This document shows, one piece after another, positions 9,639 through 17,016 of a stretch of DNA of 17,016 bases (the stretch's first letter is position 1; every line of letters begins with the position of its first letter). The notes beneath the pieces are model-generated. The model made no database searches, had not been told where the DNA came from, and saw only the letters and a list, made by a program, of their open reading frames with translations. The stretch is from Candidatus Vampirococcus lugosii. GTDB taxonomy: Bacteria > Patescibacteriota > Gracilibacteria > Absconditabacterales > Absconditicoccaceae. The translations under genes and the position numbers were made by a program. The stretch spans positions 1-17,016 of the forward strand of contig NZ_JAEDAM010000018.1 of assembly GCF_018420025.1 (NCBI RefSeq), written 5' to 3'.

Positions 9639-9983
9639 TTATCATGCAGAAATTGTTTGTACTATTCTTACAATACTATAACTAAATACTACTAACAAAA
9701 GTCATATAATTGAATATTTAAGTCAACTTTTACCTTTTTCAGCCAAACTTTCATTACCTGCTGAACTTACTAACATAAATCCAGAAATTACAAATGAAAT
9801 AGTAACTACTACTCATACAAACATAGTTGCTCACAAAAATATATCTTGCACAAAATTCGATACATTAGCATTCTCTGAATTTCTTATTCACAATACACCA
9901 TAAGTTTGCATTCAACATTGTCAATTTGTCAAACAATCAGCATCCGCTTCTATTCAACTAGTTAATAATATTTTATCTTCCAT
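9639..9983 (-). CDS. Small two-TM membrane protein resembling CPR 'type IV secretion system pilin' (TrbC/VirB2-like) family (114 aa)
   Basis: The C-terminal 70 aa read VQDIFLGATMFVGVVVTISFVISGFMLVSSAGNESLAEKGKSGLKYSIIGLLLVVFSYSIVRIVQTISAG. This follows the TM1 - G(F/I)xxxxSxG(D/N) - K-rich loop - IIGLxxVxxxYxIV pattern of PF18895-type pilins. No N-terminal signal peptide is seen. Confidence 0.45.
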
Positions 9984-10072
9984 TAATATTAATTTTTAAT
10001 TTTATTAAAAATAATTATTTATATAATAATAATTTATTTAAATTTTTCAAGACTGTATTATTAATTTTTATA

Positions 10073-12934
10073 TTATTTACTAGTATGTTTCCAAACTCAA
10101 TTCCAATTATCTGGAGTATTTTTTAATAAAATTTCACATCTTTCAATAAATATTTCGCAAGATTTATCATTTTTAATTTGTTTAGCATTTTTAAAATTTG
10201 ATAAAGCATTATCAAAATCTCATTTGATATATAATTCTAATCAAGTTTCAAAATAAAATATAAAATTATTTAATTCTTCTTTTTCTGTACTTGAAATAAG
10301 AGAATTAAATTTAGGAAATATTTCATATAATATTACAGATTTTTCTTTTCACTTAACTTGTATAATATCCAATTTTCTATAAATAAAATCAGATTTATTT
10401 TTTATATTATCAATTAATTCTCATGAAGCACAAATATTTGTTCCATAAAATTTATTTATTGATTCTAATCTAGCAGCAAGATTTACATTATCTCATATAA
10501 TAGTATAATTAAGTTTATATTTATCAGATCATAAATCTCAAATTACTGCTTCTCCATAATGCAATCATATTCTAGTATTAAGATTAATATCTACATTAAT
10601 TTGTTCTTTTACTAAAGCATTTATTTCTTTGATACTAATTATATTTAAAACAGCAGATTTAACTGCTAAATATGATTTATCATCATTTTCCCAAAAAGCC
10701 ATTACTGCATCTCATATATATTTATCTATAAATCATTTATTTATAGAAATATTCTCACTCATTTTTTCCAAATATATATTCAAAAAAGCCATATTTTGCT
10801 CTGGATTAAGTTTTTCTGAAATATTAGTAAATCATTCTATATCCGAAAAATACATAGAAATTTTACTTTTTTTTACTTTTTTTTCTCAAACTTTACTATA
10901 TCAATCACCAGATTCAGAAACATTTTTTCAAACATATAATCAAAATAATTTTTTGAAATTATTTTTGATAAAATTAATTTCTGTAATATAATACATAGAA
11001 GTGAAAGATAATTGAATAAATATTACAGATTTTTCTTTTCACTTAACTTGTATAATATCCAATTTTCTATAAATAAAATCAGATTTATTTTTTATATTAT
11101 CAATTAATTCTCATGAAGCACAAATATTTGTTCCATAAAATTTATTTATTGATTCTAATCTAGCAGCAAGATTTACATTATCTCATATAATAGTATAATT
11201 AAGTTTATATTTATCAGATCATAAATCTCAAATTACTGCTTCTCCATAATGCAATCATATTCTAGTATTAAGATTAATATCTACATTAATTTGTTCTTTT
11301 ACTAAAGCATTTATTTCTTTGATACTAATTATATTTAAAACAGCAGATTTAACTGCTAAATATGATTTATCATCATTTTCCCAAAAAGCCATTACTGCAT
11401 CTCATATATATTTATCTATAAATCATTTATTTATAGAAATATTCTCACTCATTTTTTCCAAATATATATTCAAAAAAGCCATATTTTGCTCTGGATTAAG
11501 TTTTTCTGAAATATTAGTAAATCATTCTATATCCGAAAAATACATAGAAATTTTACTTTTTTTTACTTTTTTTTCTCAAACTTTACTATATCAATCACCA
11601 GATTCAGAAACATTTTTTCAAACATATAATCAAAATAATTTTTTGAAATTATTTTTGATAAAATTAATTTCTGTAATATAATACATAGAAGTGAAAGATA
11701 ATTGAATAAATATTACAAAATATATAGATCATAAAGGTAAAAATATAGAAAATCAATTATTATAAAATCATAATATAGAAAAAATAATTGTTAAAATAAA
11801 AAAAAGTATTATTTCAGATATCATTAAGAAAAATATAAATTTTTGAGATCAATTAAATTTAAATACAAAAAATATTAAAGTATTAATAAGTAATATAAAA
11901 AACACAATTATTTGTATTTCTTTTGAATTAAATATATAGATAAAATCTTTATTTAAAAATGATAAAATTTGATTTGAGTGAAACACAACTCCTGCTATTT
12001 GTCATATTATACTAGGTTTTATATCTTGCAAAGCTGGATCAACTGCTCATATAATAACTATTTTATCTTTAAAATATTCTGATAAATTTTCTTTATTATG
12101 ATACACATCATACAACGATAAATAATTAAAATTATTATGATTAAGTTCATAAATTGGAGTAAACAGAAAATCTTCTCATTTCATATTCACTTTTGGAATA
12201 TTAATATTTCATATAGAATAAAAATCATTTGTAGATTTTATTTCATTTTTTACAGCTTCTCATTGAGATAAAATAGAATTTAATTTATTATATTCATAAT
12301 TTTGATAAATTTTTGCAGGAAATGAATCCAGATAAGAATCATTATTCTTTTCAAATTTCCTTGAATAAATTCATAAATCATAACTTTTAAATATTTTACT
12401 ATGAACATGTCATATATCGGCTCAATTTGATAATAAAGAATCATCAGGTTTTACAAATTCTCATGAAGAATCATTATATGTAGCACCCAAAATAATTTTA
12501 TCAGATAAATTTTCTATTAATTCTTCATCATATGAACTATAAATTTCAGTAAGCATTTTAGATCTTTCATCTTCTCCAGAAAATTTATATTTTTTTTCAA
12601 ATAAAACATCTACTCATAATACATATGGTTCATAATAAAGAATATTTTCAATAGCTTTGGCATAATATCATCTATGCAATCATTGAAATGAAATATTTTC
12701 TTTATTGAAAAATTCTTGATCTATTCAAACAATAGTTATTTTATTTTTATTTTCAAAAAAAGAATTATTTATATCAGATATAACAGTATTTCTAATTGAA
12801 ATCAATCAAGAATATATGTTAATATTTATAGTATCCAAAAAAGCTCTTCAGATAAAAAATATAGAAAATATAAATATAAAAATCTGTGATATATAAAATC
12901 AATATTTTCTATTAATTTTTTTTAAATTAAACAT
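10073..12934 (-). CDS. CHASE2 sensor-domain class III adenylate cyclase with a duplicated catalytic domain and TPR-like C-terminal tail (953 aa as assembled)
   Basis: The ORF was verified open codon by codon. It begins with an N-terminal TM segment. CHASE2 motifs follow (KITIVGIDQEFF...RGYYAKAIENI...VLGVDVLFEKK; KIVIIGAVDPALQDIKPSIIGQIAGVVFHSNQI), then three TM segments. The cyclase homology domain occurs twice: ISMYFSDIEGFTNISEKL, DKYIGDAVMAFW, RIGLHYGEAVIGDLGS, YTIIGDNVNLAARLES, VKGKEKSV. The tail reads LYEIF...GDFDNALSNFKNA...ERCEILLKNTPDNWNGVWKHTSK. Both metal-binding Asp residues, the Lys, and the Asn/Arg are present. Confidence 0.88.
10329..11717. repeat. Perfect tandem duplication, unit 690 bp (2 copies plus a 9-bp third-boundary microhomology AATATTACA)
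   Basis: By line-by-line comparison, 10329-11027 is identical to 11019-11717 at an offset of 690 (230 codons). AATATTACA occurs at 10329, 11019 and 11709. The flanks diverge immediately outside (10328 T vs 11018 A; 11028 G vs 11718 A). The identical ORF-track entries 10629..10991 and 11319..11681 are antisense by-products of this duplication. Confidence 0.95.
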
Positions 12935-12968
12935 TTTAATTTTTTATTTTAAATTTAAATTAAATAAT

Positions 12969-14309
12969 TTAATAATCATTATATTTGATAATATCAAATA
13001 TTTTATTAAGATCTATATTTCATTTTATAAAATCTTCTATATCAGAAATATTAATATTTTCCCCTAGATCTAATGCTTTATTATATTTATTTATTACATA
13101 ACTTTTTGCAATTTCCATATTATCTTGAGAAAGTAAATCTAATAAATTTAATTTAATTTTATTAAAATTTTCATTAACAGGAACTATTATCGCATCATCC
13201 AAATATTTCATATATCATTCAATTTCAGAATTTCATACTATTGCATTATATTTTTGTAAATTTTTATAATTATTTTCATATTCTTCATCAAAATATTTCA
13301 TTAAAAATAATTTAGTAGATGAAATTGAAGCAAGAATTCATTTCATTTCCAAAGTTCATGAATAATTATTTTTCACATAATTTATTATTTTATTTTTATA
13401 ATTATTTATTATATCAGAATCTTTTTGAAAAAATCTATTTATTTTTTTATAAGTTTCTTGTCATTTAATTTCTATAAACTTATTTATATCTATATTTTCA
13501 ATAGAATTCTTAATAATTTGTAATCATTCTTTTTTATTAATCAAAAATTTTTCTCATTCATTATTTACAAATTCTATCAAATGATTAAAACTAAAAACAG
13601 TGCTAGTTCAAGATTGCAAATCGTGTTCTACATATCAAGATGTTCATCTTATTACCAAAGTTCAATTTGAAGTATTAATATTAAATCAATCATCAGATAA
13701 AATAGTTCTAACTAAACTAAACCATATTTTTCAATTTTCTATATTTATACTTGTTTTTGAATTTAATAAATTTTTATTTTCTTTTATTAAATCTTGAAAT
13801 TTAATAGTAGTTTGAGGAAATATTCTTATGATAGTACCATCTCGGAGATTTATAACTACATCAGATTCTATATCTTTTGTAAGACTTGCAAATGTTATTA
13901 TATAATCTTCTTTTATATCTATATTTCAAATATTTTCATCAAATAAATTATATGTTTTTATTCTTTCTCAAGAACTTTTTATTATAATTCTAGCATTATT
14001 TTTTTCCAAAATTGATAAATCATCATTAATATTAAAATTAATATAATTTGATTGATTTGCATAAAAACTACTAACATCAACCTCTTCATCGTATACAGGA
14101 ATTATTGCAAATGTCAAAGCTACAAAATTAATTATTACTATAAATACAGACATAATAAATGCATATGTTGCTTTTATATGAGACAAAAGATATACAATAA
14201 TTCAAGATATTCATAAAAATCATAAGAATATATTTCATATTCATAAAAAAAATTTCAAAAACAACAAAAAAAATATAAAAGTTCAAAACATATATAAATA
14301 CTTATTCAT
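12969..14309 (-). CDS. Membrane-anchored FecR-domain protein (446 aa), likely partner of the downstream CHASE2 cyclase
   Basis: The ORF was verified open. The N-terminal hydrophobic region contains two TM-like segments. The central region GKIWFSLVRTILSDDGFNINTSNGTLVIRGTSGYVEHD matches the FecR-domain core (f.V.Tp.a.lgVRGT.f.v). The gene ends 35 nt upstream of the cyclase start. An alternative start is the Met at 14291. Confidence 0.6.
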
Positions 14310-14319
14310 TATAATTTAA

Positions 14320-14571
14320 TTATTTTAATAAATAAACTCATTCTCAAATTATTCATTTTGAAATATTGACAACTTTTTCTATATCATCACATCAATTTAT
14401 TATTAATATTTTTTCTTCATCTTTTTGTATTTCTCATTTACTGTTTTTAGTAAAAGATTTAACATAGTTTATTCTTTTTATGTTTTTTACTATATTTTGT
14501 TTCAATAACAAATTTATAAATCTTTTTATTTCTCTTGGTTTATTTGGACAATAAATAATATAATCTCACAT
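14320..14571 (-). CDS. Hypothetical small protein (83 aa), first gene of the minus-strand FecR/cyclase string
   Basis: The ORF is open under code 25: MGDYIIYCPNKPREIKRFINLLLKQNIV...ILIINGCDDIEKVVNISKGIIGEGVYLLK. Its stop lies 10 nt before the FecR-like start. I recognise no family. Confidence 0.4.
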
Positions 14572-14753
14572 TACAAAATAATAATATATAAAAAAATTAT
14601 TAATACAATAATATATTTTTAATTTATTTTTGCAAGAAAATAAATATATTATGTATGATAAATTTTTTTTAAGAAAATTTTAATTCTTCTATAATATATA
14701 AATAAATTTAGCTCATTTTTTGATTAATATTACAGAAAAAAATCAATTTTTAC

Positions 14754-14783
14754 TTGAATTTTATTTTTATTTTCTTATATATA
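14754..14783 (+). promoter_or_regulatory. Candidate sigma70-type promoter for tRNA-Cys
   Basis: TTGAAT (14754-14759) is followed by a 16-18 nt spacer and TATATA (14776-14781 or 14778-14783). This is 7-9 nt upstream of the mature tRNA 5' end. Such hexamers are frequent by chance in DNA this AT-rich. Confidence 0.3.
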
Positions 14784-14790
14784 GTAAAGT

Positions 14791-14864
14791 GGCACTGTGG
14801 CAGAGTGGTCTATTGCACGGGCCTGCAAAGCCTTGGCTCACCGGTTCGAATCCGGTCGGTGCCT
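14791..14864 (+). tRNA. tRNA-Cys (anticodon GCA), 74 nt including discriminator U73, no encoded CCA
   Basis: A manual cloverleaf fits. The acceptor GGCACTG pairs with CGGTGCC (one G-U pair). The D arm is GCAG-AGTGGTCTA-TTGC. The anticodon arm is CGGGC-CTGCAAA-GCCTT. The variable loop is GGCTC and the T arm is ACCGG-TTCGAAT-CCGGT. Discriminator U fits Cys identity, and a T-run follows. This is the only GC-rich island in the window. Confidence 0.88.
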
Positions 14865-14896
14865 TTTTTTTAAATTTGAAATCAAAAAATTTTAAA

Positions 14897-14927
14897 AAAT
14901 AGTCTTAATTTGACTATTTATTTTTTT
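14897..14927. terminator. Hairpin terminator candidate, possibly bidirectional
   Basis: AAATAGTC (14897-14904) pairs with GACTATTT (14912-14919) around a 7-nt loop. It is flanked by an upstream A-run and a downstream T7 run (14921-14927). It lies between tRNA-Cys (+) and the 3' end of dus (-). Confidence 0.4.
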
Positions 14928-15030
14928 ATTACAATAATTTAATATTCATTTTTTATGTTTTTTTCTTTCATAAATTCTATCTAATATTTCTAATACTAAT
15001 TTTACATTTTATATACTAGTTTCTTTTAAA

Positions 15031-16062
15031 TTATAATATATTATTGAAATAATTATTTATTTCATTTTTTACACTGATAAAATCATTATATTTTATAATA
15101 TTAATTTTTAAATCTTTTGATTTATTTAATCATTTGATATAAGAAAATAGATGTTTTCTAAATTCTACAGGACTTCTGTATTTATCTTTTGTATTTAATC
15201 AAATATTTATATATTTTTCTTTATCATTTATATTAAATTCTTGACAAATATTATTTTTTTCATCCCAAGTATATTTATTAAAAACTTCAATAGCAAAAGA
15301 TAATTCTAAATGTTCAATTATAGTCTCTTTTAATTCATTTAAATCAGGTTTTGATAGGGGAGTCAATATCCAAGGATTTCAAATACTAGCTTGTCATATC
15401 ATTGCTCAATCTAGATTTTTGCATTTTGTAATTCAATCTTCATAAGAAATTATTCATCAATTTCAAATAATTTTGCAATTTTTATTTACAATTTTTTTTG
15501 CTTGATTTATAAAGTCTCGATCAACATTTCATGAATGTCATTGTTTAAATGTTCTTCAATGAATTCATATTAAATGACAATATTTTGATGCTTCTTTTAT
15601 AAACTCTAATTGTTCTTGTATATCTTCTTTTTTTATTCATAATCTAGTTTTGATACTAAAAGGAGTAGAAATAGATTCAGATATTTCTTTTATTGTTTGT
15701 AAAGTTTCTTTTTTATTTTTTAACATTTCAACTCATCATCAACAAGCCATAATTTTGGGTGAAGGACAACCAATATTTAACTCAATTGCATTAAAATTAT
15801 ATTTATCATTTAATTCTTTTGCTGTAAAAATTAAATTTTTTTTGTTTCATCCAAAAATTTGTACAGTTATATTTTTTTCTAAATTGCTTTTTATTATATG
15901 ATGAAAAACTCATTTTGGATTATGAAAATATCAATCTGCACTCATAAATTCTGTACATAATAATAATTCATCTTTTGTATTGTGTTTATTAAAAATTTTT
16001 TGACTGATAGTTCTATATGCACAGTCTGTTATTCAATCCATAGGAGCAAGAGCTATATACAT
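15031..16062 (-). CDS. dus: tRNA-dihydrouridine synthase (343 aa)
   Basis: The ORF was verified open. MYIALAPMDGITDCAYR..., ELNIGCPSPKIMACGGG, PFSIKTRLG, IHGRT and IIGNGGI...DGAMIGQASIGNPW are the canonical Dus family motifs (LAPMxxxTD, NxGCPxxK, KxR, HGRT, GNGDI-like). Confidence 0.88.
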
Positions 16063-16249
16063 TTTTATATATTAATTATGATAAATTTATTTATAAGCAA
16101 ATATAATAAAAATATTTTATAAATCAACTTTTTAAATTCAAAAAATATAAATAAAAATTATTTTTTTAAACTTTCATCTTGATTTTTTTGTATACATTAA
16201 TTTAAGTTCAAATTTGTTAATCATATAATTAATAATATTGTTTTTTTTA

Positions 16250-16966
16250 TTAAATTTCATTTTTCCAATAATCAACCCATAACAAAGAATCTATATGCAA
16301 TGGAGCTATTTTAATTTTTTTTGATATATCATCAAAATATTTTATTATTTCGCTTTCTTTATAATTTTTATTTCAAGTATTTATTTCATATATTTTTTTA
16401 ATTCTACTATCTAGAGGTATACAAATATCAAAAGGAAATCTTTCTATTTTGTCAAAAACTATTCTACATGAATAAGCAAACATTTTAATACTAAAAACTA
16501 TTGTTTTTGCAGTCTTTTTTTGTTTCATACAATAAGCAAGTTTTGTATTTAAACTAGTCATATTTTGATAATAATTTATTAAGGAATTTAAATTATCAAC
16601 TTCTTCAAAAAATTTATCTATTTTTTTTAATCTTTTTATTTTCATATTTATCAATCTACGGTTATTTTTACTGTTTATCAAAAAAGTTTTGTACAATTCT
16701 ATATTTTTCAAAAGTTTATCAAAATTTTGGTAAAGAAATTCAGCAAACTCTTGCCATCGTTTTTCTCAAGTTCAACTCAATTGATAAGAGATCAAAGAAT
16801 TATAAATAATTATTTTTATGAAAAAAAATTTATCATTATCAGAAACATTTTTGTATTCATTTATTTTTATCCAAGATTTTTTTATATTAATATATTGTAA
16901 ATCCTTTTTCTCTTCCAAATCAAGTATATAATTTATATTATAATTTTCCAAATATTTTTGCAACAT
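16250..16966 (-). CDS. Archaeal-type 8-oxoguanine DNA glycosylase / N-glycosylase-DNA lyase (AGOG family, 238 aa)
   Basis: Reading through two TGA codons joins ORF-track entries 16772..16966 and 16373..16711 into one frame. YNSLISYQLSGTGEKRWQEF, KKTAKTIVFSIKMFAYSCR...RFPFDICIPLDSRI and IAPLHIDSLLW match my recollection of Pyrobaculum AGOG (NALISYRLTGKGEEHWEYF; QKTLVFTIKILNYAY...LPFDIPIPVDYRV; IPPLHLDTLLW). Confidence 0.8.
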
Positions 16967-17016
16967 AATTAAAAATATGTAATTTATAAAAAATATTCTT
17001 ATGTACTCACAATAAT

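Noticed and set aside
10629-11681. Two identical 120-aa plus-strand ORFs (10629..10991 and 11319..11681), which could suggest a duplicated gene or an IS element
   Set aside because: They are antisense to the cyclase catalytic domain, whose motifs (FSDIEGFT, YIGDAVMAFW, GDNVNLAARLES) read on the minus strand. The plus-strand products are low-complexity. No transposase, terminal inverted repeats or target-site duplication are present. The duplication is an in-frame intragenic event.
14720-14902. 60-aa plus-strand ORF from the track
   Set aside because: It spans the tRNA-Cys gene, and its GC-rich middle is the tRNA itself. It is not a credible CDS.
16135-16197. 21-aa minus-strand mini-ORF in the dus-AGOG intergenic region
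   Set aside because: It is too short, has no recognisable features, and lies in what is more likely the dus promoter region.
1-17016. Interpretation as a Mycoplasma/Spiroplasma-type genome with UGA=Trp (code 4)
   Set aside because: TGA positions coincide with invariant Gly, not Trp, in Dcd, Dut, TsaB, FKBP, Dus and the cyclase. TGG is retained where Trp is expected.
1-17016. Interpretation as a decayed region full of pseudogenes, given the many short standard-code ORFs
   Set aside because: All the apparent interruptions are TGA. No TAA or TAG interrupts any of the 17 frames when checked codon by codon, and catalytic motifs are intact.

Overview
The window is extremely AT-rich bacterial DNA that only makes sense under genetic code 25, where UGA encodes Gly. 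This code is used by Gracilibacteria (BD1-5) and Absconditabacteria (SR1) in the CPR/Patescibacteria; I cannot tell these two apart from the sequence. In-frame TGA falls on invariant glycines of several unrelated conserved proteins: dCTP deaminase GRSSLGRLGL and IDPGF, dUTPase GFGSTG, TsaB GPGSFTGLR, and cyclase YIGDAVMAFW. TGG is still used for Trp. The supplied standard-code ORF track is therefore mostly fragments or antisense artefacts. I re-translated both strands by hand with only TAA/TAG as stops and checked each call codon by codon. The result is a compact, almost fully coding window of 17 CDS and one tRNA. Plus strand (20-9065): a lipoprotein SlyD-like FKBP isomerase with a 30-bp tandem-repeat acidic linker, then dcd, dut and ruvA. 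These are followed by an 816-aa fusion of a RimK-like ATP-grasp amino-acid ligase to a DUF1704/MATCAP-like HExxxH carboxypeptidase. Next come a membrane-anchored lytic-transglycosylase-like protein, a protein with two peptidoglycan-binding domains, a 63-aa membrane protein, a terminator, a TPR protein and ftsX. Minus strand (9062-16966): an archaeal-type AGOG 8-oxoG glycosylase and dus. tRNA-Cys(GCA) lies on the plus strand in between. The remaining minus-strand operon runs small hypothetical, FecR-domain membrane protein, CHASE2 class III adenylate cyclase, T4SS-pilin-like small protein, tsaB. The most striking features are two. First, a base-perfect, in-frame 690-bp tandem duplication gives the cyclase two identical catalytic domains. 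Second, the ligase-carboxypeptidase fusion sits directly upstream of cell-wall genes. I found no CRISPR array, transposase or rRNA. Functional calls rest on motif recognition from memory, not database searches. Start codons are the first in-frame ATG after an upstream stop.
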